Assembly (NCBI GenBank): GCA_044354435.1
Contig: JBIKZZ010000001.1
Location: 1 to 45,183 of the forward strand
DNA length: 45,183 bases
Origin: Rhodoferax sp.
GTDB lineage: Bacteria; Pseudomonadota; Gammaproteobacteria; Burkholderiales; Burkholderiaceae_C
Direction of reading: 5' to 3'
In this document: positions 1-11,503 of the stretch, piece by piece
Layout of the letters: each line of letters starts with the position of its first letter
How positions within the stretch are numbered: position 1 is the first letter of the stretch
Notes under the pieces: generated by a model
What the model was told of the DNA's origin: nothing
The model's database searches: none
The model's input: only the letters and a program-made list of their open reading frames with translations
Program-made: the position numbers and the translations under genes

Positions 1-509
1 ACCTCTTGGGCGCGCGCGGTGTCGGCAAACGCGCCTACTTGAACGATATAACGGGCGGCCACGTCGGCGCCAGCTTTTGGCGGCACTTGTCCATCCAGCA
101 AGGCTTGTGCCTTGGCAGCTTGGTCCACCTTAGGCTCGGGGGTTGGCACAGGTTTGGGCGCGGAAACCGAAGCCGAGGACGGTGTAGCGGGCAGAATCTC
201 CTCGATCTCCTGCGCAGGGGCAGGGGGTGAGGCGGTGATCACCGTCTCGGCCGCAGCAGGGGGAGTAGCAGCCGGCAAATTCAAGGGTTTGACCTTGTTG
301 CGGTCGGGTATTTCGATCGGGATATCCACCGACACGGGGCGCGGCTGCTGGTCAAAAAGAAAGGGAAACAAGACGACCCCCGCCAGCACCAGCACAGCGG
401 AGCCGATCAGCCGGTGTTTGGCGCGGCGGCGCACCGCCTCGACACTTTCAGGCTGGATGGGTGCTGCGGCGGATAGATCGCCACTGTTGCGGGACTTGAA
501 AAAGGCCAT
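1..509 (-). CDS. dedD: SPOR-domain cell division protein DedD, N-terminal part (runs off the window)
   Basis: Absent from ORF track. Hand translation from ATG at 509: MAFFKSRNSG...RRRAKHRLIGSAVLVLAGVVLFPFLFDQQPRPVSVDIPIEIP, then a Pro/Ala-rich linker; lies directly downstream of folC, the usual order. Confidence 0.85.
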   Translation of the reverse strand, partial: MAFFKSRNSGDLSAAAPIQPESVEAVRRRAKHRLIGSAVLVLAGVVLFPFLFDQQPRPVSVDIPIEIPDRNKVKPLNLPAATPPAAAETVITASPPAPAQEIEEILPATPSSASVSAPKPVPTPEPKVDQAAKAQALLDGQVPPKAGADVAARYIVQVGAFADTARAQE

Positions 510-527
510 AGGGTGCGGGTCAGGGGT

Positions 528-1856
528 TCAGGTATCAACCATGTGTCGCGCCTTCAGGCGGGGAATGCCGTCTTTCAGAATGCCGCCCACGGTGTAGAAC
601 GATCCGAAAACTACAATTCTATCAGCGGGGTCGGCTGCAGCCATGGCCGATTGAAGCGCCGACAACGGGTCGGCATGGGTCGTTGCCACGGCGTCCTTCC
701 GTTGGTTTTGCGCGAGCCATTTGGCGGCCAGACCATGGGCCGAGTCGGCTCTGGCCGTAGGCAGGTCCGTGAAATACCACTTGTCGATCAATGGGTTGAC
801 CTTGGCCAGCATGGGGACGAGGTCCTTGTCGGCCATGGCGCCAAAAACCGCGTGTGTCGTCGGAAAATAGCCCATCACATCCAAATTGGCCGCCAATGCA
901 GCCACCGAATGGGGGTTATGCGACACATCCAGCACCAGCGTGGGTTGGCCCGGAACGATCTGGAAACGCCCGGCCAGCTCGACCTGGCCCAGGCCGCTGC
1001 GTACCGCCTGCGCCGTCACCGGCAGCCGCTCACGCAGCGTAGCCAATGCGGCCAGTACACCGGCCGCGTTGACCAACTGATTGGCGCCGCGCAAGGCAGG
1101 ATAAGCCAGGCCGCTGTAGCGACGGCTGCCACGCGCAGCCGTCGTGCTCCAGCCCCACTGCTGTTTGTCGCCCGCCACTTGAAAATCAACACCGGCTCGC
1201 CACAGATCGGCATCAATGTCGCGCGCACGGTCCAGCACACTTTGGGGTGGCATCGGGTCGCTCACCACCACGGGGCGCCCGGTGCGCATGATGCCGGCTT
1301 TTTCAAACCCGATGGCTTCCCGGTCCGGCCCGAGCAGTTCCATGTGGTCAAGGTCGATGCTGGTGATGATGGCGCAATCTGGGTCGATGATATTGACCGC
1401 ATCGAGCCGGCCGCCCAAGCCCACTTCCAAAATCACGACATCAAGCGCCTGACGCGCCATCACGTCCAAAATTGCCAGGGTTGAAAACTCAAAATAAGTG
1501 AGCGAGATTTCCTCATCATTTTGGCGTCTAGCCCTTTCCACGCTTGAGAATGATGCTACTAATTCAATAGCATTCACCGGCTCACCCAGCAAGCGCAGCC
1601 GCTCCTCAAAATGCACCAGGTGGGGCGAGGTGTAAACCCCGGTGCGGTAGCCGGCGTGCCGCAAAATCGACTCCAGCATGGCGCAGGTGGAGCCTTTGCC
1701 GTTGGTCCCAGCGACAGTGAAGACGGGGCAGGAGAAACGGATGCCCATTCGTTGGGCAACCGCCTGCACACGCGCCAAGCCCATATCGATGCTTTTGGGA
1801 TGCAGCCGTTCGCAATGCGCCAGCCATTGGTCCAGGGTTTGGGGTTCGGTCATCAT
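528..1856 (-). CDS. folC: Bifunctional folylpolyglutamate synthase/dihydrofolate synthase
   Basis: VAGTNGKGST P-loop, YTSPHL, LEVGLGGRLDAVN, LDVSHNP, FGSFYTVG motifs; start placed at MMTEPQ (ORF track extends to 1904). Confidence 0.95.
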   Translation of the reverse strand: MMTEPQTLDQWLAHCERLHPKSIDMGLARVQAVAQRMGIRFSCPVFTVAGTNGKGSTCAMLESILRHAGYRTGVYTSPHLVHFEERLRLLGEPVNAIELVASFSSVERARRQNDEEISLTYFEFSTLAILDVMARQALDVVILEVGLGGRLDAVNIIDPDCAIITSIDLDHMELLGPDREAIGFEKAGIMRTGRPVVVSDPMPPQSVLDRARDIDADLWRAGVDFQVAGDKQQWGWSTTAARGSRRYSGLAYPALRGANQLVNAAGVLAALATLRERLPVTAQAVRSGLGQVELAGRFQIVPGQPTLVLDVSHNPHSVAALAANLDVMGYFPTTHAVFGAMADKDLVPMLAKVNPLIDKWYFTDLPTARADSAHGLAAKWLAQNQRKDAVATTHADPLSALQSAMAAADPADRIVVFGSFYTVGGILKDGIPRLKARHMVDT

Positions 1857-1895
1857 GGTTTTGCCATTGTCGCCGAGTGCGGCATGATGCTGGCC

Positions 1896-3678
<1,783 letters not shown>

Positions 3679-3679
3679 G

Positions 3680-4684
3680 CTAGCGGCCGCTGGCGCGTTG
3701 GCGTAGGCCGAGCAGGCCCTGCCCCGCCTGATTTTGTGTCAGGTACGCCTGAGCCACTGGCCGCAGCGCCGCAGGCGTGATACCCAGGGAGGCCAGGCCG
3801 GGGAGCCTGCCGCTGGCCACATTGGGCTGGCGCATCGAATCCAGGTTGTCGCGGCTCATCAGTGGCTCGCCTGGGGCCAAGCCCATCAGCGCCGCCTGCA
3901 GGTGGCCCAGCCAGTTTGGCAAGCCAAAGACCGGTCGGCCACGCCCCTCCCGAACACCGCTCAATTGACCCGCCAATTGAACCAGCTGTTTCAGGCTAAA
4001 GACCTCGGGCCCACACAGCTCCAAAACCTGCGGCGTCTGGTCTGCGGGCAGACCGGGCCGGCGTGTCAGGCAACAGACCACCGCTCTGGCAACATCTTCC
4101 ACCCAGACCGGCTGAAACTGTGCATTTGCGCCGGCCAAGGGCACAAATGGTGCGAATCTTTGCAAGGCGGCGAACAGATTCAAGAGCTTGTCCTCGGCAC
4201 CAAAAATCACGCTGGGACGCAGAATGGTCAGCGCGAATGGCGCCTCGGCACCGCTGGCGGCCGCCTGCATCAACGCCGCTTCACCGTGGCTTTTGCTGCG
4301 CAGGTACATGGATGGCGCCACCTGTGGTTGCAGGGCATCGGCGCCAAGCGCACTCACATGAACCAACTGCCGCACCCGCGCAGCGCGACAGGCACGCGCC
4401 AATTTTTGCGGTAACGCGACATGCACCTTATCAAAAGATGCCTGACTGCCATGCAAGATGGCCACCAAGTTAACCACCGCATCATGGCCAGCCAATGCCG
4501 CCGCCAGGGCCGCTTCGTCGTGCACGTTGCACTCCAGCACGGTGAGCAAGGGCAAATGCAGCAAGTGCCGGGCGCTAGCCCGCCTCCGGGTCGGCACCGT
4601 CACACGCCAGCCCTCTCGGACCAATTTTTCGCAGACATGCGCTCCGACAAAGCCGGTTCCACCCAACACCATGATTTTTTTCAT
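3680..4684 (-). CDS. NAD-dependent epimerase/dehydratase, complex I NDUFA9-like family
   Basis: GGTGFVG Rossmann motif, VSALGA, YLRSK (YxxxK), RPSVIFG, QPVWVEDVA. Confidence 0.85.
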   Translation of the reverse strand: MKKIMVLGGTGFVGAHVCEKLVREGWRVTVPTRRRASARHLLHLPLLTVLECNVHDEAALAAALAGHDAVVNLVAILHGSQASFDKVHVALPQKLARACRAARVRQLVHVSALGADALQPQVAPSMYLRSKSHGEAALMQAAASGAEAPFALTILRPSVIFGAEDKLLNLFAALQRFAPFVPLAGANAQFQPVWVEDVARAVVCCLTRRPGLPADQTPQVLELCGPEVFSLKQLVQLAGQLSGVREGRGRPVFGLPNWLGHLQAALMGLAPGEPLMSRDNLDSMRQPNVASGRLPGLASLGITPAALRPVAQAYLTQNQAGQGLLGLRQRASGR

Positions 4685-4799
4685 AAGCGCGATTTTGCAC
4701 TGTGGCCCCGCACGCCTTGGCGATTGAGGTCAATCATTGCGCTAAAGCGAACCATCCAGGCGCTAATATGGCGGCTTTTTTGGACATCAGAAGGATCCC

Positions 4800-5117
4800 A
4801 TGACCACCAACAGCCTCAGCAACGTGACCGTCAACACCCAGGCCAGCGTCTACTTTGACGGCAAATGCGTCAGCCACAGCCTCACACTGGCAGATGGCAC
4901 CCGTAAATCAGTCGGCGTGGTGCTGCCCGCCAGCCTGACCTTCAGCACGGGTGCGCCCGAAATCATGGAATGCGTGGGGGGCAGTTGCGATTACCGCCTT
5001 GCGGGCAGCGACGGTTGGCAGACCTCAACCGCCGGAGACCGGTTCAGCGTTCCGGCCAATGCGTCATTCGACATCAGGGTCAGCGAGGCTTACCACTACA
5101 TCTGCCATTACGGCTAA
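4800..5117 (+). CDS. ppnP: Pyrimidine/purine nucleoside phosphorylase (DUF1255)
   Basis: 105 aa with YFDGKCVSH, KSVGV, FSTGAPEIME, FSVPANASF, YICHY. Confidence 0.88.
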   Translation: MTTNSLSNVTVNTQASVYFDGKCVSHSLTLADGTRKSVGVVLPASLTFSTGAPEIMECVGGSCDYRLAGSDGWQTSTAGDRFSVPANASFDIRVSEAYHYICHYG

Positions 5118-5131
5118 AAGGCCCTGGGCGG

Positions 5132-6163
5132 TCAGACCACCACGGGCTCGGTTTCAAGCATGATGCCAAAACGCTCGTAGACACTGGTCTGGATGGCGTA
5201 GGCCAGGGTCATGACCTCGCCACCTGTAGCACCGCCCCGGTTCACCAGCACCAAGGCCTGCTTGTCGTAGACGCCGGCATTGCCAACCGATTTACCCTTC
5301 CAACCGCAGGCGTCGATCAGCCAGCCGGCCGCCAACTTGACTGAGCCGTCAACCAAGTGGTAGTAAACGATTTTTGGGTCACGCGCGATGATGTCCACGC
5401 ATTGCTCGGCCGTGACGGTGGGGTTCTTGAAAAAGCTCCCCGCGTTGCCGATCCGCGCCGTGTCGGGTAATTTGGCGCGGCGGATCTCACACACCCAATC
5501 AAAGATGTGTTGCGGCGTCGGCTGTGACACTTGGCACTGCGCCATCTTCTTTTCCAGATCGGCATAACCGAGCACGGCGCGCCAGGGCTTGGGCAGGGCA
5601 AAGCGCACGCGGGTAATGAGTGCCCGCCCGGCCAGCCCCAGCGATTGCGAGGCATGTTTGAAGACCGAATCGCGGTAGCCAAAGCCGCATTGGGCGGCAT
5701 CCAGGGTGAAGGTCTGGCCGGTTTGCAGGTCAATCGCGTCGAGGGACTCAAAGCGGTCCTGCAACTCGACCCCGTAAGCACCCACGTTTTGAACCGGCGC
5801 TGCCCCTACCGTACCGGGAATGAGGGCCATGTTTTCCAGCCCGGGGTAGCCCTGGGCCAAGGTCCACTCGACGAATTCGTGCCAATCTTCACCCGCCCCG
5901 GCCTCGACCACCCAGGCCCGCGGGGTCTCGCGCAGCAGCCGGCGGCCCTTGATCTCGACTTTCAGCACCAGAGCCTTGACGTCGCCAGTTAACACGATAT
6001 TGCTGCCGCCACCCAGAATGAACTTGGGCGCTTTGCCCCAGTCAGGATCAGCCAGCACGGCCAGCACATCGGTTTCGCTTCCAAGCCGCACCATTGCATG
6101 AGCCCGCGCCACAATGTGAAAGGTGTTACAAGGCTCAAGCGGGACGTTTTTCTCGACTAACAT
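5132..6163 (-). CDS. murB: UDP-N-acetylenolpyruvoylglucosamine reductase
   Basis: LGGGSNIV, IPGTVGAAPVQNVGAYG, FGYRDSVFK, GNAGSFFKNP, QALVLVN; start MLVEKN at 6163 (the longer ORF overlaps yajQ). Confidence 0.95.
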   Translation of the reverse strand: MLVEKNVPLEPCNTFHIVARAHAMVRLGSETDVLAVLADPDWGKAPKFILGGGSNIVLTGDVKALVLKVEIKGRRLLRETPRAWVVEAGAGEDWHEFVEWTLAQGYPGLENMALIPGTVGAAPVQNVGAYGVELQDRFESLDAIDLQTGQTFTLDAAQCGFGYRDSVFKHASQSLGLAGRALITRVRFALPKPWRAVLGYADLEKKMAQCQVSQPTPQHIFDWVCEIRRAKLPDTARIGNAGSFFKNPTVTAEQCVDIIARDPKIVYYHLVDGSVKLAAGWLIDACGWKGKSVGNAGVYDKQALVLVNRGGATGGEVMTLAYAIQTSVYERFGIMLETEPVVV

Positions 6164-6214
6164 TGCTTTATTCTCGCACCTGCGCCTCCCGCCTGACCCT
6201 TTCGGAACCACGCC

Positions 6215-6700
6215 ATGCCCTCTTTTGACACCATCTGTGAAGCCAATCTGGTCGAAGTAAAAAATGCGGTCGAGAACACCGCCAAGGAAATCGCCACCCG
6301 ATTTGATTTCAAGGGTACACCCGCTGCTGTGGAGATCAAGGACAAGGACATCACTCTGATCGGCAATGCCGACTTCCAACTGTCCCAGATCGAGGAAATC
6401 CTGCGTAACAAACTGACCAAGCGCAGTGTCGATGTGCGCTTTCTTGACATTGGCGACGCGCAAAAAATGGGTGGCGACAAGGTCAAGCAGGTGATCAAGG
6501 TCCGCAATGGCATTGAGACCGAAGCCTCCAAGAAAATCCAGCGTCTGATCAAGGACAGCAAACTCAAGGTGCAGGCTGCGATCCAAGGTGATGCAGTGCG
6601 GGTCACGGGCGCCAAGCGTGATGATCTACAGGCGGCCATGGCACTGATTAAAAAAGAGATTGCGGACCTGCCCTTGAGCTTCAATAACTTCCGAGACTGA
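6215..6700 (+). CDS. yajQ: YajQ family cyclic-di-GMP/nucleotide-binding protein
   Basis: MPSFD start, [34 protein letters not shown] end. Confidence 0.95.
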   Translation: MPSFDTICEANLVEVKNAVENTAKEIATRFDFKGTPAAVEIKDKDITLIGNADFQLSQIEEILRNKLTKRSVDVRFLDIGDAQKMGGDKVKQVIKVRNGIETEASKKIQRLIKDSKLKVQAAIQGDAVRVTGAKRDDLQAAMALIKKEIADLPLSFNNFRD

Positions 6701-6728
6701 TACTGCCCGGGGCCTCGGTCCTGATGCC

Positions 6729-7688
6729 ATGACGGTACAAAGCGAAAACGAGTACGAAGACCTGTTAGGGCTGTGGTCCGATCTGGAGTCTGGCCTCGGT
6801 GTCTTGCTGGCTAGCCCGACCAGTATCCAGGAGTTTGAAAAACGGATACGCCAATATGACCGATGGATGCAGGATCTGTTGCGCCGGGACACCGACGTGG
6901 GCCTGTACCTGCTGTTTCAATTGGCGAGCAATTCGTCAGTGGGCTACAGCGCCTCGCACGCGCTGGTCTGTGCGGTGCTGTCCCATCTGATCGGCAGCGA
7001 GCTCGGCATTGCGCCTGAGGAGCGTGAGAGCCTGGTCAACGCGGCACTGACCATGAACATTGCCATGACCGCACTGCAAGATGAATTGGCCCAGCAGTTG
7101 GAGCGTCCCAACGCGCGGCAAGCTGACGCCATCCGCAGCCATGCGGCGCGCGGGCAAGAGATGCTGATGCAGCTTGGCGTGTCCAACCCAGTGTGGCTCG
7201 ACACGTTGCTGCGGCACCATGACGACAGCACGAGCAAAGGCGAATTCCAGACCATCGCGCCAGCGCACCGACTGGCCCAGGTTCTGCGGGTGGTGGACCG
7301 CTACGCTGCCATGATTAGCCCGCGAAAATCGCGCGAGGGCTGCAGCAGCACCGACTCACTGCGCTCCATCATCAGCGGGTCAGACCCCCAAGGCGACGAA
7401 ATCGGCCACATCTTGGTACGTGCCGTTGGACTATGCCCGCCTGGCACCTTCGTCAAGCTGGATGACCAGCAGGTGGCGGTGGTGATCCGGCGCAGTCAGC
7501 ATGCCAACCGACCGTTTGTCGCCATTGTTCTGGATGAGGACGGCGTACGGCTGAAAGCGCCCCGCCTGCATCGAACCGCCAACAGCAACCCAGGCATCCG
7601 GTCCGCACTGAGCGCCTCTACGGTCAACGAACGCCTGAACCACCACCTGATCCTGCAACTTGGCGCCTATGCAGCTCAACAGGGCTAA
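6729..7688 (+). CDS. HD-GYP-like protein with degenerate catalytic motifs
   Basis: YSASHAL, AALTMNIAM in place of AALLHDIGK, RHHD, VDRYAAMISPR, GLCPPGTFVKL. Confidence 0.7.
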   Translation: MTVQSENEYEDLLGLWSDLESGLGVLLASPTSIQEFEKRIRQYDRWMQDLLRRDTDVGLYLLFQLASNSSVGYSASHALVCAVLSHLIGSELGIAPEERESLVNAALTMNIAMTALQDELAQQLERPNARQADAIRSHAARGQEMLMQLGVSNPVWLDTLLRHHDDSTSKGEFQTIAPAHRLAQVLRVVDRYAAMISPRKSREGCSSTDSLRSIISGSDPQGDEIGHILVRAVGLCPPGTFVKLDDQQVAVVIRRSQHANRPFVAIVLDEDGVRLKAPRLHRTANSNPGIRSALSASTVNERLNHHLILQLGAYAAQQG

Positions 7689-7700
7689 GGGCCGACCCTG

Positions 7701-8345
7701 TCAGGGCTTGGCTTTCTTGCCACCCAAACGGGATTCAGTGCCGCGGGCCAGGCGTCCGATGTTCTCGGCATGCCGATACACCAGCAACAAAGACATCACA
7801 GACAACGACAGAAGCACGCTTTTGTTGAAGTACCAGGCCAGTCCGTCGGCAAGCACATAACAAATCGGCGCAGCGACCGCGGCGGTCAAGGACGCCAATG
7901 AGGAATAGCGAAAGAACCAGGCCATGGCCAGCCAAGTTGCTGCTACGGCCAGCCCCAACAGCGGGCTGATGCCCAGCAACACGCCAAGCGCTGTAGCGAC
8001 ACCTTTGCCCCCCACAAACCGGAAAAACACCGGGTACAGGTGCCCGACGAAAGCCGCCAACCCGGTCACTGCCATCGTGCCCTCGCCCAAGCCGAAAGGC
8101 TGACCAAACCAGTGAACCAGCGCCACCGGCAACCAACCCTTGGCGGCGTCCAGCAGCAGCGTAACAACTGCGGCCGCCTTGCTGCCTGAGCGCAACACAT
8201 TGGTCGCACCAGGATTCTTGCTGCCATAGGTGCGCGGGTCGTTGAGGCCCATGGCCCGGCTGACGATCACGGCGAACGAGAGCGAACCAATCAGGTAGCC
8301 CATCAAGGCGGCTGCGACAGGTAAAAAAGCTTGCATTGAGTTCAT
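7701..8345 (-). CDS. plsY: Glycerol-3-phosphate acyltransferase PlsY
   Basis: GYLIGSL, GSKNPGATNVLR, DAAKG, GHLYPVF, GGKGVATALG, RHAENIGRL. Confidence 0.95.
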   Translation of the reverse strand: MNSMQAFLPVAAALMGYLIGSLSFAVIVSRAMGLNDPRTYGSKNPGATNVLRSGSKAAAVVTLLLDAAKGWLPVALVHWFGQPFGLGEGTMAVTGLAAFVGHLYPVFFRFVGGKGVATALGVLLGISPLLGLAVAATWLAMAWFFRYSSLASLTAAVAAPICYVLADGLAWYFNKSVLLSLSVMSLLLVYRHAENIGRLARGTESRLGGKKAKP

Positions 8346-8433
8346 ACGTGGCCTCCAGCGGTTCCGGGTCGGCCAGCGTGGCAAGCCCCAAACGACCCAT
8401 TCTGCCAGCCCTGCGACGGACCGGGCTAAAGGG

Positions 8434-10164
8434 TCAGCCAGGCGGAACCGTACAGGGCTTGAAGATCCGGACCTTGCACTGGGCGCACACGGCGCGGTCA
8501 AGCCGGGCGTAGAGCGTGCCCAGCACGTCATCGCCTAAATTAAAGAAATTGTCCCGCCCGATCTCGTCAAACACACCACAGCGGTGCAGCGTCTGCATGG
8601 GCTCGTCTTTCATGTGAAAGATATACAGGCCACCGCCAAGCGCACGTCGGCGAAGGGCCTCTTGCGCGAGCAAGTGCGCACCAGCCAGGTCAAGAAAATT
8701 GATGCCTGAGGCCACCAGCAGCAGGTGCCGGTGCATCGGCTCACGCGCATCAATCTGTTGCAGAGCCTCTTGCAAATGGTTAACCGCCCCGAAGAAGATC
8801 GACCCGTTGATGCGCACAATCTTGAGTTGTGGGCAATCCGGCAGACCAGTAGCCGCACTGAAGGCTGGCGGCCACTGCCCCGGGAAGGGCTTGACGTCTT
8901 CCAGCCCGGGCCGCGAGGTGCGATTGAGGTACAGCAGCAAGGACAACAGTACGCCCGCGTAGATGGCAAATTCCAATTGAAGCGTGAGGGTCGCCACAAA
9001 AGTCACGCCCAATACCGCCGTTTCTTGCCGGCTGGCGCGCAGAATCTCTGCGATATGGTGGAAGTCGATCAGACCCCAAGCCACCACGAACAGGATGCCG
9101 GCCATCGCCGCGGTGGGCAGATACGCCGCCAATGGCGCCAGAAAGAGCAATATCAGCAACAAGCACACCGCCGAGAAAACCGTCGACAAGGGCGTTTGCG
9201 CGCCAGCGGCATAGTTCAGACCAGTGCGATTGAAAGAACCACTGGACGCATAGCCTGAGAAAAAACTGCCAGCCAAATTAGACAGGCCCTGTCCGATGAA
9301 CTCCTGGTTACCATCAATCCGCTGTCCGCTCTTGATGGCCATGGCACGGGCAATTGATACGGCCTCGGTCAGGGCCAGCAAGGCGACCGCCATCGCCACG
9401 GGCACCAACTTCTCAAGCGTTGCCCATGAAAAATCGGGGCTGGACAAAGGCGGCATGCCAATGCGCAGAGCCCCAATGCTGCCAATACCTGTATGCGCTG
9501 CGCCCCAGTGCTGATTGAACACCATGGCCAGCAGGCTGCCCACCAGCAGCGCAATAATCATGTGTGGCCAGCGTGGGCACCATCGCCTTGCCGCCACACT
9601 GGCCAAGACCGTCACTACGGCAACTGCCGTGATGAAAGGGTTGACCTCCCCCAGGTGCTGCAACAAACCCTGCATCACCACGTAGGGCGATGCGCCGCGG
9701 GCAATCGGTAGCCCAAAGAAGTTTTTCACCTGGCTCACGGCGATCAGAACGGCGGCACCCGCGGTGAAACCAACCACCACCGTGTGCGACACAAAATTAA
9801 CCAGCGTCCCGAGGCGCAGCGCACCCAGCAGCAACTGAAACAAGCCGACCAGAAAGGTTAAAGTCAATACCAGTGTGACGTACTCCGGGCTGCCGGCCGT
9901 CGCCAGCGGGCTCATGGTGGCGAACACCACAATCGAAATGGCCGTGGTCGGGCCCGACACCAAGTGCCAGGATGAACCCCACAATGCGGCGACGATCGCC
10001 GGCCACATGGCAGCGTACAAGCCATATTCGGGCGGCATGCCCGCAATCGTGGCAAAAGCCACGCCTTGTGGCACCAGAATGAGGCCTCCGGTCAGGCCAG
10101 CGATCAGGTCGGCGCGAAGGGTTTGCCGGTTGACGCGTGGCCACCAGCGCAAAAAGGGCAGCAT
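8434..10164 (-). CDS. SulP family anion transporter with STAS domain
   Basis: ADLIAGLT, VPQGVAFATIAGMPPEYGLY, GPTTA, NQEFIGQG, SSGSFNRT, C-terminal STAS (GSIFFGA, INFLDLAG) and a CxxC...C tail. Start approximate; AGGAG lies just upstream. Confidence 0.9.
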   Translation of the reverse strand: MLPFLRWWPRVNRQTLRADLIAGLTGGLILVPQGVAFATIAGMPPEYGLYAAMWPAIVAALWGSSWHLVSGPTTAISIVVFATMSPLATAGSPEYVTLVLTLTFLVGLFQLLLGALRLGTLVNFVSHTVVVGFTAGAAVLIAVSQVKNFFGLPIARGASPYVVMQGLLQHLGEVNPFITAVAVVTVLASVAARRWCPRWPHMIIALLVGSLLAMVFNQHWGAAHTGIGSIGALRIGMPPLSSPDFSWATLEKLVPVAMAVALLALTEAVSIARAMAIKSGQRIDGNQEFIGQGLSNLAGSFFSGYASSGSFNRTGLNYAAGAQTPLSTVFSAVCLLLILLFLAPLAAYLPTAAMAGILFVVAWGLIDFHHIAEILRASRQETAVLGVTFVATLTLQLEFAIYAGVLLSLLLYLNRTSRPGLEDVKPFPGQWPPAFSAATGLPDCPQLKIVRINGSIFFGAVNHLQEALQQIDAREPMHRHLLLVASGINFLDLAGAHLLAQEALRRRALGGGLYIFHMKDEPMQTLHRCGVFDEIGRDNFFNLGDDVLGTLYARLDRAVCAQCKVRIFKPCTVPPG

Positions 10165-10258
10165 GGATTTCAAGAAATTAACTCCTAGTCGGCCCGTTGC
10201 AACTGAGATGATTTTCGCCCAATTCACGGCACCACGCCGGTGCATTTGGGGTCGTGTC

Positions 10259-10290
10259 ACTGGCTCCATGATTGGCGGCAACTGGCTCTA
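10259..10290 (+). promoter_or_regulatory. Candidate TauR (MocR-type) operator, ACTGGCTC direct repeats 22 bp apart
   Basis: ACTGGCTCC at 10259 and ACTGGCTCTA at 10281, in the sulP/tauA divergent intergenic region. Confidence 0.55.
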
Positions 10291-10401
10291 CTCCAAAAAA
10301 GCGCGAGCAGCCAAACTTCGCACCAGGCGTAACATCTCCTAGCCACGGGGGTCGCGCCGTTGCGCACGCGCGCTGTTCTTATTGTCAACACAAGGAAATT
10401 T

Positions 10402-11412
10402 ATGCAACACAAATTGTTATCCGTGCTGGCCAAGAGCACACTGGGTCTGGCGCTTGCCGTCGTCGCAGCCAGCTCATTTGCCCAGGCCAAGAAAGAAGTC
10501 ACCTTTGCCCATCAGGACATGGTCTTCCCGTACCGCACCGTGATGGAGTCTGGCGAGTTGGAAAAAACCACCGGCTACAAAATCAACTGGCGCATGTTCG
10601 GCGGTGGCGGCGACGTGATCAAAGCCATGGCATCGGGCGATGTGCAAATTGGCGAAGTTGGCTCCAGCCCGCTGGCGGCCGCCGCCAGCCAGGGGCAGGA
10701 CATCAAATTGGTCTGGATCCTTGACGACATCGCCAGCTCCGACGTGCTGGTAGCCCGCAATGGCTCCGGCGTCAACAGCTGGAAAGACCTGGCCGGCAAG
10801 AAAGTGGCAACACCCTTTGTTTCCACCGCACATTACTCACTGATGGTCGGCATGAAGCTCAACGGCGTTGACACCAAGGGCGTGAACGTGATGAACATGC
10901 GCCCACCGGAGATCGCGGCAGCTTGGGAGCGCGGCGATATTGACGCGGCGTTCATTTGGGACCCGGTCATGTCCAAAATCAAACGCAACGGCAAGGCCGT
11001 GGCGACATCGGGTGACGTTGGCAAACTGGGCTACCCCACGTTTGACGGCCTGGTGGTCAACGCCAAATGGGCTGCCGAGCACAAGGGCTTCGTCGTGGCG
11101 CTGATCAAGGCCATCTCCAAAGCCGATGCCGACTACCGTGCCAACGCCGCAAAATGGACGGTCACATCGCCCCAGGTGAAAGCCGTGGCCAAATGGACTA
11201 AGGCTGACGAGAAAGACGTGCCTGAAGCCATGGCCCAGTTCATCTTCCCGGACAACGCAGCACAGGCATCTGCCACCTGGCTGGGTGGTGGTGCTGCCAA
11301 AACCCTGGCTAACACCTCTGCCTTCTTGAAGGAGCAGGGTCGCCTGCAGGAAGTCAAGCCCGACTACAACGCTTTCATCGACATGAGCTACCTGCGGGAA
11401 GCAATGAAATAA
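10402..11412 (+). CDS. tauA: Taurine ABC transporter periplasmic binding protein
   Basis: Signal peptide; INWRMFGGGGDVIKAMASGDVQIG..GSSP, TPFVSTAHY, PPEIAAAWERGDIDAAFIWDP are TauA-like. Confidence 0.85.
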   Translation: MQHKLLSVLAKSTLGLALAVVAASSFAQAKKEVTFAHQDMVFPYRTVMESGELEKTTGYKINWRMFGGGGDVIKAMASGDVQIGEVGSSPLAAAASQGQDIKLVWILDDIASSDVLVARNGSGVNSWKDLAGKKVATPFVSTAHYSLMVGMKLNGVDTKGVNVMNMRPPEIAAAWERGDIDAAFIWDPVMSKIKRNGKAVATSGDVGKLGYPTFDGLVVNAKWAAEHKGFVVALIKAISKADADYRANAAKWTVTSPQVKAVAKWTKADEKDVPEAMAQFIFPDNAAQASATWLGGGAAKTLANTSAFLKEQGRLQEVKPDYNAFIDMSYLREAMK

Positions 11413-11439
11413 TCACGGCTCTACCGGCCAAACGACAGG

Positions 11440-11474
11440 GGGGCGACCTGGCCACGGGTCAGCCCCTTTTCTTT
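11440..11474 (+). terminator. Terminator-like hairpin between tauA and tauB
   Basis: GGGGCGACC-loop-GGTC(A)GCCCC followed by TTTTCTTT. Confidence 0.5.
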
Positions 11475-11503
11475 GATTACACAGCACCTGGAGCCTTTGA
11501 TCT

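Noticed and set aside
6164-6586. N-terminal extension of murB in the ORF track
   Set aside because: Mostly antisense to yajQ; MurB similarity starts at 6163.
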